Of a DNA stretch of 64,000 nt, positions 36,108-47,522 are shown in pieces (positions within the stretch are counted from its first letter, which is position 1; each line of letters begins with the position of its first letter). The notes under the pieces were generated by a model, which was given only the letters and a program-made list of their open reading frames with translations, made no database searches and had not been told where the DNA came from. Location: the NCBI RefSeq assembly GCF_000281045.1, contig NW_008246077.1:509129-573128 (forward strand). The letters are read 5' to 3'. The stretch is from Saprolegnia diclina VS20. Taxonomy: Eukaryota. The position numbers were made by a program, and so were the translations under genes.

Positions 36108-37489
36108 ATGGCCCGGAAGCGCAAGCTGCAACGTATCCAGGAGGTCGGCGCCGAAGTCGAGGCCGCGATCCTCGAGAAGGGCGAGGCCACCAAGCTGCAG
36201 ACGTACGACGATGAGCACCTCTTCGCCGTCGATACGGCTGGCTCCAAGGCCAAGAAGGCTAAGAAGGAGAAGGAGCCGGGCGTCTGGTCGAGCAAGGTCG
36301 TGCCGGCCAAGGCCAAGGTCATCGAAGAGAAGATCAAGAAGATCGCCGCCAAGCCGCAGCCCAAGGTACGCGCTATTGTCAGCACGACAATGGTCTCTCA
36401 TGCGATCCAAATAGAAGCAGGCAAAGGCGTCGACGATGGAAAACTTGTGGGGCAACGATGGTGCTGCCATCACGACGACCGCCGCCGAGCGCGCGCTCGA
36501 CCCGTACGTTGCACCGGCCCTCATCAAGAAGAAGGCGGTACGATCATTGAAAAGCCATGCCGAGCGAGATGCTGATCGACGCAACTTAGGCCCTTGTGCG
36601 CAAGGCGTCGACCAAGTACAAGATCAAGCCCGTTGAGGTCGCGGCCGCTGGTCAGTCGTACCACCCCGAGTTCGAGAGCCATCAGGACGTGCTCGCCGAG
36701 GCCGTTGCCAAGAAGCTCGAGAAGCAGGCGCAGCGCGAAGCCGACCGCGCGCGGATCAAGAAGGGTCTCTCGGAGGAAACCATGGCGTTCATCAACGACA
36801 AGGACTCGGTACGACACACAACCTAGCACGTCCTTTGCTCATAGCAACGCACATAGGACGACGAAGACGCGTCCGAGAACGACGACGACAACAACTCGGA
36901 CGACGAGACGGCCGAGGGCGGCCGCAAGCTCAAGGTCCACGAGAAGTTTACGCGCAGCGAACGCAACCGACAAGCCCGTCACAAGAAGCTCACCAAGGAG
37001 ATTGAAACGCGCAAGTCGGAGAAGAAGCTGCTCAAGCAGATCAATACGTACGCCTCTTGCTGCTCTCTGATGGATCGCTGACCCAGTACACCAACGTAGC
37101 GTCAACTCGATCACGGGCGAGCTCAACAAGAAGGACAAGCTCGCGCGCAAGCAAAAGGAAATCAAGAAATTTTTGCTCGAGAAGAAGCTCGAGGAAGAGC
37201 CCGAGATCCTCATGGGCGGCAAGAAGCAGTAGGAATCTCGTGATGGAATGAGGACGACGATATTGATGGCTCTGTGTGTAGGAAGCTCAACCGTGACACG
37301 CTCGTGACGCTGACCGAAGACCTCAGCGGCAACCTGCGCACGCTCAAGCCCAAGGGCTCGGTGCTCCAGGACCGCTTCGACTCGATGCTGAAGCGGAATA
37401 TGATCGAGATTGGCAAGCCCAAGAAGAAGTCCCAGAAAGCGACCAAGTTTGTCCCCAAGCACAAGTACCGCAACGACGACGAAATCTAA
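36108..37489 (+). CDS. NOP53: Ribosome biogenesis protein NOP53/GLTSCR2, multi-exon
   Basis: LFAVD arch-interacting motif, GQSYHPEFESHQDVL, LRTLKPKGSVLQDRFDSMLKRNMIE. Confidence 0.92.
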
Positions 37490-37872
37490 GCGCGTTAGAA
37501 GAAGACTATGTATTTGCACAAATTTCAGCCGAGTCAACATTCGCGTGAGTGGCATCGTGAGCCAAAGACCGACTCGTACTCTCTTGCAAAGACGAGAGAG
37601 CGCGATCACCGACAGCATGCATCAACCACTGTCCTGAAGTACGATCTGGTCGTTAACCCAGCTCGGCATCAGCCCAACTGCCTGGGTCGCATGGGCGGAT
37701 CGAGATGACGTGGACGATAATACTTTGTGCCCTTGCAAATTATTATCACCTGGACCAAGAAAAGGAGAAATTTGTATCTTGCGGCTCCTACATTCGTGAA
37801 CTACGACAGTCGCAACCGTATTGTTGCTACTATCTTTAGTCCGCTGCAAAGTTGCGGACGAGCCGAGCGCCG

Positions 37873-39564
37873 ATGAGCGACTTTAGCCGCATCACGATGC
37901 CTGATTCCGCGCCGCGCCGCGTACGCTTGGCCAACAAGTTGTCTGTCAACCTGGCGACAATACTCTACGTAGAGCTTCAAGCACGGGCAGTCGCGGCGCG
38001 TCGTTGAGGTGTCGTTCAACGAGTACCACATGCGCAAGAACGAAATTCTGACGAAAATTCACAACCGGTAGTCTCGCTTTGGAGTCCAGATGTGATAACC
38101 GACGTGTCTAGATTGCTCTGGCTGTCGTCGGCAGCGATCCTCTTTGGCTCGATCGAGCTTGTGCTCTACATCGTGCAACTTGCGGGATCATGCTTCGCGT
38201 CTCACCGAAGCTATTAGATCATCAAGTACAAACTGCTCGAGAGCAACGTTCTGTACCGAAAGCCGTGCCTCGGTGTGCCTCTCTACTCGATCTACATGGT
38301 GTACTGGGCCGCTTGCGCCGTACGTCGATTTTGTATCAAGCAAGTATCAATCATATGCGGCTATGTCCTAGGTTGTGAGTGCACACGGCTTGCACCTCTA
38401 CAACGGGTGGCGCAAGCAGCTCGAGTGCGGCACCAACGCCGTCATGCACTGCCGCGTCTTTGAAATACTGAGCGCTGCGTGGACAGCCATCGGTATATAT
38501 GTTACACTATCGCAATCGCATTGTCTAATTGGACGACGACGTAGCGTTTTGGCTTCTCGTGAGCAAGTTTTATGTCTTTGGCTTCCTCGACCTCAGCGTG
38601 CTTGGCGCCAACGCCCAAAACATCGAGTATGCAGTCGCGACGGGCACCGTCTCGGTACGCGCCAATTCTGTGATGGAGTTGGACCACTTGTCAGTAGGTG
38701 CATTTGCTCGTCTGCCCGTGGCTCCTCCGCACGATCCACTCGAAGACGACGCAGATCGACGACCTCTTTGCGTTCGTAGCAGATACTTCACACCCCACAA
38801 ACCACCAAATGTCATTGTAGGTCGGAATTTCTGGGAAAAACCCGAATCAAGCACGTCGATGTGGCCCCGATGGTCGACCGACTCGACGATATTGCGTCCG
38901 TGCCCCCCCGCGGCGCCCACGACAACGACAGCGAGGCTGACGACGACGACCACCATAGTACTGAGGAGAAACCCGACAAACGTTCTTCGGTACGATGCCT
39001 AATTTGTGTCATTTTTGTTCAAGGAGCGACGTGTAGGAGCACGCGCCGAGTGAAGACGCCCATGTCGATGCGCCGTTGGCCGAGTTTACACTGGACATGA
39101 AGCGGACCATGAAGAAGGCAGCGTTTTGGGACCTCTGGAAGGCGACGGACGTGGCGTACGCACTACTATCGACCGCGTATCAGATACCAGTGCTCAGGAA
39201 ATATGTAGCGGGTCGTTTTCGTGCAACTTTAAAAATGCGCACGCCCCCACGATGGCCGAGATCAAGGCGCATTTGACCAAGCACGGCTTCCACGTCGCGT
39301 CCCAAAATGAATCCAAAGACGTACTCGAAGTCTACTTGTACGCACACGCAAATGGCGCTGAGACGCCGTTCGTCGCGGAGTTTGTGTTTGTCTACTCGCG
39401 CCAATTCTTCCAGTCGACGTTCAAGTGCAAAGTACACTGCCACAAGCGATCCCGTCGACAAGAATATCTCATCCACTTCGCTCTGTCTTCTGTAGGACAA
39501 GGCCGCGGCGGCCGAGTTTGTCAAGCATTTTCAACTACAAGAGCTCATGGAAACCTTCGACTAA
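37873..39564 (+). CDS. Uncharacterised ~4-TM membrane protein with C-terminal beta-adaptin appendage-like domain (~11 exons)
   Basis: Exons join in frame across ten GT-AG introns; hydrophobic helices LLWLSSAAILFGSIELVLYII, LYSIYMVYWAACAVV, ILSAAWTAIAFWLLVSKFYVF, VATGTVSVHLLVCPWLL; C-terminus KAAFWDLWK...EVYLYA..PFVAEF..STFKC. Confidence 0.7.
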
Positions 39565-39784
39565 ACACCTCCAATCGACCAGCATTGTATCAATGTATCA
39601 ATTTATCAATGGACGCGGACCCATTTCGCGATGCTGTCGTTGCTACTTTTGATGACCTCTGACCATAGACAGTGCCCATGCTAGCATCATGTCGGAAAGA
39701 AGGTACTCAGAGTAGTTGTACAACTTGTATTTTAGGACAGTTGCATAATTTTCTATTGTAAATTGGTGTTAACACGTGCTGGTG

Positions 39785-40971
39785 TCACGGGTAGACGGTG
39801 TCGAGAGCGAGAAAGAGTCGACGAAAGGCCACGTCGACCTGGACGCCATCGAGCCCTTCCTCTGTAAACGGGTCTTCCAGCGCTTTCTCCACGTTGAAGA
39901 TGCCAATCATGGTCACGCTCGTCATCGCACTCAGCAGTAGCGCAAACGCAAAGCTCGTGTGGCCGTCGCCCGACGCGATAATATAAACGTAGTACGGACC
40001 GTAAAAGCACGGCAAGAGCAAGATGATGAGGCGCGTGAACGACCGCGTCGCTTGCGGCGTCCGGTACAGCTTGATGTTGCAGAGCCGCTCGAAGCGCGCT
40101 TGCAGAAACCAGTGGTACTGGTTCAGTCGCGACGCTTCGTTGGGCGGAAGGCCGAGGCTCTTCATGGTCTCGACCTGGAAATGCAGCTGCCGGAACGCCA
40201 CCATCATGCGCTGGTAGAGCGTGTCGACCTGCGCGTTGTAGTGGAGAGCCTCGGCCGCGCCGCTCTGCGTAAAGCGGTGCCGGCCGCGCGTGAACGTGGG
40301 CATGACGAGAAACGTGTAGAGGTCCGTGAGGAGACCGCGGAGGAGCAGCTTGGCGCGCGCGTTGTGCTCGGTCGGCAGCGCGTCCCGGCCGTTGTTGCCC
40401 CAGTTCCAGACGGTGTTGGCGAGGAGGATGTTGGACGCGATCGCTTTCACTACCATAGACAGCCATTCATCATGAGCCACCTATATCGATACACACAAAG
40501 GCGCGTACTCTCGGCGATCGCGTCCAGGGCGTTCTCTCTGCGCGTAAACGCCTGGCGGATCTGCATGATCATGGGCGAGACGACGGCAAAGGTCACGAGG
40601 ATCCACGAGAGGTTGGCGCTAAAGTGCTGCGGCACGCCGCTGCTGTCGATCGGCATGTAGTAGTAGTACGCAATGGGCGCGGCAAGCGAGACGAGGAAGA
40701 CGAGGAGCGTGTCAAAGTTGACGAGATGCGACCAAAAGATGACGGCGGCCGCGTACCAGTCGAGGAGCGAGTCGCGGCAGTGGGTGCGAAAGCTCGTGTC
40801 GCGATGGATCGTGACGGCCGTGGCCTTGAGCGGGCCCGTTGGTGGCTTGTCGGCGCCTGGGTCGACGATCGTCACGTAGAAGTCCGGCGACATGCTGGTA
40901 AAGGCGTCGTGGACGAGCGGGTCAGTCGCCCAGTCGTTGGTGCTGGCGTCGCGGCTCATGACGTTCTGCAT
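39785..40971 (-). CDS. Bestrophin-family (UPF0187/YneE-like) anion channel, copy 1, 2 exons
   Basis: TM helices, QAFTRRENAL, YRTPQATRSF..LLPCFYGPYY, IGIFNVEKALEDPF..GLD. Confidence 0.8.
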
Positions 40972-41747
40972 TTGACGCGCCACCAACCACGTTGTCACGG
41001 CGGTGCGATTTGAACTCTGCAAACCGACTCGGTACGCGCGCGTGTCGCAACTGCGCTCGCGATGCGGCATCCTTGGTACTTCGCATCCGGATATGCTTTT
41101 TGGAGTTGAAGTGCAAAGTGGCGTGTCGCTCCAATCGGAGACGATGGTGGGATCTGACGCCTTTGTTGGCACGATGGCGTTGCGGGTCAAAGGGTTCGTG
41201 GCGTCACCGCGGCCACATCTATCGGCGGCGCATGAAACACAGCAGTATCCTGGCGTCGAACCGCAAGAGTTTTCGGTTGTGTTGCTCTGGACGCGACCGA
41301 TGGTTTCGCAATCGAGAGCTTGTCCAGTAGCCTCACCACCGCAAAGACCTCGAATAAGGCGAGTTGCGTCATATTAGTTTAGCAATCGAGCTTGGCGACT
41401 CCTGGCTTTTGTCAAAAGATAAGTTTGCGACGTTGCACGCGTCCAAGACTCTCGCAAGTCGCCTCACCATATCCCATCGCTTTCCAGTGCGATCATGCCG
41501 GTTCATCGAAGGTTGCTGCTCCGTCCGGCGGAATTGCGTTCACAACATCCGTGTTCAGGTGTGTTCTCAGCAGCAGTGAAAGCCGTGGACCTTGCTGTTT
41601 TGCGTCGCAAGCAATCGTACAGATGCAAGTTTGTTGGGGCACCATCCAAAACGAAGCTGCCTTCGCTCCCATTTCAAAGTGCATCGACTGTCGTGGTGCA
41701 CACATAATAGAATCGTTCTCTATTAGTGGTTAGTGGTGATGATGCTG

Positions 41748-42818
41748 TCACGGTCGACGCCAACGCTTGCGCTGCTGAAGGTACTCGACGATCGCGGGGT
41801 GCTGGCGCTTGGTGCCTGCGACCATAGCGGCAGAGGTGTCGGCGACGTGCGGTCGAAGGGTCCAGAGGTACGTAAGCACACGCACGTGTCCATGCTCCAT
41901 GGCCAAGGCCACTGCTCGCTGGACGCAGTCGTCGGTCAGGCGGTCGCCTAGAAGACGCACGACGTCTTCGTGCCCGTGTTGTGCAGCGAGCAAGCAGGCG
42001 GTGTCGACGCTCGTTGTTGGTACATGCGCCAATAGGAAGCTTACGGCTTTAGCGTGGCCGAAGCGCGCTGCGGTCTCGAGCGTCCGCGGCCCGAGGCCCG
42101 GTACGTTTGTTTCGATAAAGAATCCCAGAAGGTCCAAGCTGCCTTGGCTCGCTGCAATATCAAACACGATGGGCGAAAACCCGGCGTAGTCGTGCGTCCG
42201 AAGGAACGAGAGGATGTGCAGATGACCGCTGCGCGTGATGCGAGCGACCGCGCCAGGGTCCCAGACACCAAGGCCGTGCATGTGCAAGTACTCGGCGATG
42301 GCCAAGTGCCCTTGCTCGCAGGCCCAGATGAGCGCGCCGGCACTGTTGCCGCGGACACCAGCCTCGTGCAGGAAGCGCACGACCGAGTAATGACCACGGT
42401 ACGCGGCGCGCGCCATCATATCAGGGTGGAACCCGTCGCAGTGCTTCGCAAAGAAGTAGGCGAGCACGGGGAGCTGCTCGTACTTGGCGGCAAGGCTCCA
42501 GTGCGTCCGGTTGACTTGAACGCGGCGCGATGTATGGAGATATGCAATCAGTGGCAGGTGGCCGTATACGAGCGCATACTGGAAGAGGCGCCCAGGTACT
42601 CGACACTGGCACAGACGAGGCAAGCCGTCATGCCCGGCCGAGTCGAACCAGGTGCGAAAGCGCGCGTCAAATGCAGCAAACGCCATGCGATCGCGGGCCT
42701 GGTCGGGGAGGATGGCGTAGAGCAGACGCACGAGAGGGAGCACGTCATAGCTCAAGCCATCTTGGTAGGCGAAGACGAGCTGTAGTAGTTCCAGGCACCG
42801 CAACGCTGCCTCGGCCAT
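41748..42818 (-). CDS. Ankyrin-repeat protein, single exon
   Basis: Repeated AAYRGHYSVVRFLH, ACEQGHLAIAEYLH, AASQGSLDLLGFF, AARFGHAKAVSFLL, AAQHGHEDVVRLL; N-terminal ALRCLELLQLVFAYQDG. Confidence 0.92.
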   Translation of the reverse strand: MAEAALRCLELLQLVFAYQDGLSYDVLPLVRLLYAILPDQARDRMAFAAFDARFRTWFDSAGHDGLPRLCQCRVPGRLFQYALVYGHLPLIAYLHTSRRVQVNRTHWSLAAKYEQLPVLAYFFAKHCDGFHPDMMARAAYRGHYSVVRFLHEAGVRGNSAGALIWACEQGHLAIAEYLHMHGLGVWDPGAVARITRSGHLHILSFLRTHDYAGFSPIVFDIAASQGSLDLLGFFIETNVPGLGPRTLETAARFGHAKAVSFLLAHVPTTSVDTACLLAAQHGHEDVVRLLGDRLTDDCVQRAVALAMEHGHVRVLTYLWTLRPHVADTSAAMVAGTKRQHPAIVEYLQQRKRWRRP

Positions 42819-43815
42819 TTGACCAAGAAAGTCAGCGACCAGATGATTGCTGATAAAAGGAACAAGTGTGAAGGCCGACGAAGGATCGATACTGCCGTTT
42901 GGCACATAGAGTACTGGCGTCCTCTGTAGTCAAGCACAACACATTAGGAGGTAGATGGGTTTGCGAGGTGGCTCGAATCTTTCTCTATACAGCTAGAGAT
43001 AGCGGTGGGTGGTGCTGTACGCTCGAACGCCGGAGCACCAGCAACCATCCGATCCAAACGTAGACCAGATGTTTCTCGGATTATCCGGATGGAGGAGGAG
43101 CAACTTCAACAACAATTTCGAGGTGGTTTTGAGGGTCGTCCGAGAGATCGTCCCAGCTTGGACCGCCATGCCATTGCATCGTAGCCTAGGGCCATGAGCA
43201 TTGATCTTGCACTGCTTGTTATTCGAGTCGCACCGATAGCCGTCGGATAGATCGTGGCGGACTGACACCGCAACGACGTAGCGAACAAGTGCCACCGAAA
43301 GTTCTTTGTCGCTCGTCAGTCATACAGTACCGGTAGGTCGACATTAGCGAGGACATCCTTTGAAGATCGTATAAGCTTACACCACAAAGATGGTGCAGTT
43401 GTGACACCACGAGTGAACCAAAGACGAAGCGTCTCTTGTCCCCGTCGCATGAGCTCCATCGGTCGCCTAGCTTGCTCTCGCGACAAGTGCACGCAAGCCA
43501 GCATCTTCAGACGAAGGAGATGGTGTCGCCAGCACCATCAAGGCATGAACCTGGAGGTAGCACAGAGCCAAAACGTAGCAATATAAAATTGACAAAGGCG
43601 ACCATCGAGACTCGTTGCGTGACTACTTACTTAGCCCTGTGGCAGCGTCCTTGCAGTGTCTCTCGCAACGATGCAGCAACACGCACGGTGTCGCTGGAGC
43701 GACTTGACTTGGTGGGAAACGTTGTTTTTGGGGCAAACCTCAGCGGATGCCCAGTGAAGAATGTGTGTTTTGTGACAAACGCTTGAAATACGTGGAAATA
43801 CGACATTTGAGCTTG

Positions 43816-44776
43816 ATGCAGTTCCACGGCAGCACGACGACGAGCCGGGACTGGACCGACGACCCGCTCCTCCGCGACGCCTTCGCCTCGGCGCCCGAGC
43901 ACTATATCGAGATCCATGAGCCGTCGACCAACAGCTCCTCGTGCAAGGTGGCCATCAACTCCAAGGCGTCCTTACGTGGCCACTGCCACGACGCGCTCCT
44001 CGACTGGTACGCGGCCGCCGTCATCTTTTGGTCGCATCTCGTCAACTTTGACACGCTCCTCGTCTTCCTCGTCTCGCTTGCCGCGCCCATTGCATACTAC
44101 TACTACATGCCGATCGACAGCAGCGGCGTGCCGCAGCACTTTAGCGCCAACCTCTCGTGGATCCTCGTGACCTTTGCCGTCGTCTCGCCCATGATCATGC
44201 AGATCCGCCAGGCGTTTACGCGCAGAGAGAACGCCCTGGACGCGATCGCCGAGAGTACGCGCCTTTGTGTGTATCGATATAGGTGGCTCATGATGAATGG
44301 CTGTCTATGGTAGTGAAAGCGATCGCGTCCAACATCCTCCTCGCCAACACCGTCTGGAACTGGGGCAACAACGGCCGGGACGCGCTGCCGACCGAGCACA
44401 ACGCGCGCGCCAAGCTGCTCCTCCGCGGTCTCCTCACGGACCTCTACACGTTTCTCGTCATGCCCACGTTCACGCGCGGCCGGCACCGCTTTACGCAGAG
44501 CGGCGCGGCCGAGGCTCTCCACTACAACGCGCAGGTCGACACGCTCTACCAGCGCATGATGGTGGCGTTCCGGCAGCTGCATTTCCAGGTCGAGACCATG
44601 AAGAGCCTCGGCCTTCCGCCCAACGAAGCGTCGCGACTGAACCAGTACCACTGGTTTCTGCAAGCGCGCTTCGAGCGGCTCTGCAACATCAAGCTGTACC
44701 GGACGCCGCAAGCGACGCGGTCGTTCACGCGCCTCATCATCTTGCTCTTGCCGTGCTTTTACGGTCCGTACTACGT
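43816..44776 (+). CDS. Bestrophin-family anion channel, copy 2 (3' end in gap)
   Basis: Distinct N-terminus MQFHGSTTTSRDWTDDPLLRDAF, then identical to copy 1 from LLDWYAAAVIFW; the missing 202 bp would fit the 218-N gap. Confidence 0.8.
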
Positions 44777-44994
44777 NNNNNNNNNNNNNNNNNNNNNNNN
44801 NNNNNNNNNNNNNNNNNNNNNNNNNNNNNNNNNNNNNNNNNNNNNNNNNNNNNNNNNNNNNNNNNNNNNNNNNNNNNNNNNNNNNNNNNNNNNNNNNNNN
44901 NNNNNNNNNNNNNNNNNNNNNNNNNNNNNNNNNNNNNNNNNNNNNNNNNNNNNNNNNNNNNNNNNNNNNNNNNNNNNNNNNNNNNNNNNNNNNN
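44777..44994. other. Assembly gap (218 N)
   Basis: Run of N. Confidence 1.
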
Positions 44995-45612
44995 TATACA
45001 TGACAACGAATTGGGTATTTCCATGGGGTATTTCTACTTGCGTTTGTCGGAAAAATCGAAAGTTGTGGTGGCTGCCATGCAATTCGGTGTTCGAATTTCG
45101 TGGATTACGCGCATCTTCCAAGTTCGGTGCAATGGCGTGCTTCCGGCAACATCATTTGTGAGATTGCTGGTCTTCGTACATTCGTTGGATCTTGCTGACG
45201 ACGCTATGTCGCTGTTAGCTCTAGGTCACATGACCACTTTAACTCGGGACGCGCGGCTTTACCACCGCAAAGCTGCAGCAGCACCAGAGATTCGAGATGC
45301 ACGCACTTGAAGTTCAAACGGCATTTCAAAGCCCCGTCGTGCAGCTCCGTCTTGCGCAAGAGCCTATCATGAGGGTATCTTGGCGAAACCAAGTGGTACC
45401 ATTCGACGCGGCCATCGTTGTCGTCCCACGCAGTCTACAGGCTGCTGCTCCATGCATGGACGTACCTTGTCCATTCTACCGCTTGCAAGCGTCAGAAAAT
45501 TCTGGGTCTGGAGGTTAACATGTGTGGAGGACAAGTGTTAATTAAATAGTCGTCATAAGTTGAGAGTGTCTAGGGCCATGTTGGCCATAAAATAGGAATG
45601 CAGAGAATTTGT

Positions 45613-46479
45613 CTAGAGAAGGAGGAGACGGCGAGACGGTTTCTTGGCCAAGAGGCGTTTGCAGCCGCGCGGTTTCCGGAGCTCGTTGGCGCGGTGGAGC
45701 GAGTACAGCATCGTCGCTTTGTGGAGCATGCTCGAGACGACCTTGGACGTGAGAATGCGGAGGGGCGGCAGCGGCTTTGTCTGCCGCAACGATCGTTGGC
45801 GCACGAGCTTGGGCACAACCGCCGTCACTGGCGTCGTCACGACCGGCGTCAGGTGCGTGAGCGTATCCAGGTCCGTCTCCAGTTCGTGCATGCGAGCTTT
45901 AAAGTAGCTCGTGCGCGCATGGAGTGTTCGAATGACGGTCTCGTGGACGTCCTTCTCCTCCTCGAGACGGTGTCGGTGGGTCAAAAGCGTCGCGACGTCG
46001 CGCAAAAGCTTGGCGTTGTGGAGTTCGAGCTGCGTGCAGCGCTCGTGGTGCGTCGCCTGGAGGTGCAAGAGGCGGTAGTCCAAGTCGATGCGCGCCATGT
46101 TTGCAAGGAGCGTCTCTGAGGACGCCACTAGAGCCTTGGCCTCGGCATCGTTTGCGCGCTGGGTGAGGACCGCGACGTGCGCCTCGTTGGCCGCTTGGAG
46201 CTCGCGGATCGTGGCGTGTGCCGCGTCCCGCTCGGCCGTGAGCACTTTGATGCTCTCGAGGGCGGCAGCGAGGTCGCGCTGGAGCTGGCGCGTCTGGGCC
46301 GAGAGTGCAAGATACAATGTGTTGGCTGCGCTTTGTGTCGTGTCGACGGTCAGTGCTGGCCGCACCTTGGCTTCCAGGATCGGTGATGCCGTCGTGAGGA
46401 GCGTAGTCGGGCTCAGCGAGAACTCCTTCTTGACAAACCACGGGGTGTCCACGGCGACCACGACGGGCGGCGCGACCAT
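45613..46479 (-). CDS. Uncharacterised coiled-coil protein, single exon
   Basis: Long ORF with heptads LQRDLAAALESIKVLTAERDAAHATIRELQAAN; ATG at 46479. Confidence 0.7.
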   Translation of the reverse strand: MVAPPVVVAVDTPWFVKKEFSLSPTTLLTTASPILEAKVRPALTVDTTQSAANTLYLALSAQTRQLQRDLAAALESIKVLTAERDAAHATIRELQAANEAHVAVLTQRANDAEAKALVASSETLLANMARIDLDYRLLHLQATHHERCTQLELHNAKLLRDVATLLTHRHRLEEEKDVHETVIRTLHARTSYFKARMHELETDLDTLTHLTPVVTTPVTAVVPKLVRQRSLRQTKPLPPLRILTSKVVSSMLHKATMLYSLHRANELRKPRGCKRLLAKKPSRRLLLL

Positions 46480-47522
46480 GGTGATGTGAAAGGAATTCTG
46501 AACTGCACATCTCGTCGTTCGACAGTCGAGCGGTCGGGCGAGTGTGTCTGGAGCGTCACCGCCCACCCAATAATACGTGCGACTTCAATCAAATCTCAAT
46601 ACCGACGACGGTGATTCGCTGTCGGCAATTGCCGATTACCTACACGAGAGCGACGCCGTGGTTCTCTGATTCACACCCAGCAACCTAACAAAGCTATACG
46701 TGATTGTGTCTTGTTGGCGGCACTGGCTTGTCCGCGACAGCACTGTCCAGCGATCCACCCTGCGAAGCGCGCGCGGCAAGCTACTTGTTGCATAGAACCG
46801 AGCCGCCACAGGAGGATAAGTACAGCTAGTGCTGCATTACACCGGCACCTGATCGGTCGTGCGCAATGAACTGTCAAGCTTGGTGTCGCAAGACCGCACT
46901 CCACGCTCTCCTGGTTGGTTCGAGGCGATCGCAGACGCCACGAAGATTCGAGCAACAGCAACTTCGCAAGTGCAAACTCACGTGTGGAAGTGCAAAGTCA
47001 AATGTGGCCACCATCTCGTTGATGGCCACACCAAATTCGAACGATCGCCGTGCAAGCGCCACTTGGTCGATGGTTGATTTCGAGAGAGCAGTTCTGGACA
47101 GCACACGTCGCCATATCGGTTCATTGCCTTGCGCTCACGTTCGTCGACCGCGCTGCAGAGATGAATTCATTGTGGCGCGCCTACCCACTAACACTATTTA
47201 AACGCATATCGTGCGAAAGTACACGGTACTTGACTCCAAAAGATCGAGCTGCGTGCTGACGTGCGCGCGCTCGTCTTGCGATGCACAACACACTGCAAAC
47301 TGCGCAGCGTAGGCAAGTTAGTGAGCATGGCGTTGGTTGCATTACCGTGGCCACCGTGCCGCAGTCCCGTCGTGCACGATCTAAAGATTGTTACACTATT
47401 TCCTGTCGATTTTTGTTGGCCAATCCGGCGCCGCGACGGTCCGAAAGGTCGCGTCGGTTTCGCGATCAAGTCGCGCCATGTCGGACTCGTCGCACTGAAG
47501 ATCCAGTTGCGATTTCAAAGGC

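Larger units (their letters stand above)
39987..44776. repeat. Inverted repeat: arms 39987-40769 and 43994-44776 (at least 783 bp, near-identical) around a 3.2-kb spacer
   Basis: Same translations in several frames and an identical intron in both arms; one synonymous difference noticed (GCG/GCA near 44094); right arm runs into the gap. Confidence 0.93.

Noticed and set aside
43080..43170. Minus-strand peptide HLEIVVEVAPPP resembling a Crinkler HVLVVVP motif
   Set aside because: Weak match, flanked by stops, no LFLAK motif upstream.
39987..44776. Transposon with long terminal inverted repeats carrying an ankyrin gene
   Set aside because: The arms are bestrophin coding sequence; no transposase or target-site duplication is visible.
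45000..45520. Short ORFs after the second gap
   Set aside because: No motifs or convincing codon bias; cannot distinguish from intergenic DNA or a decayed pseudogene.
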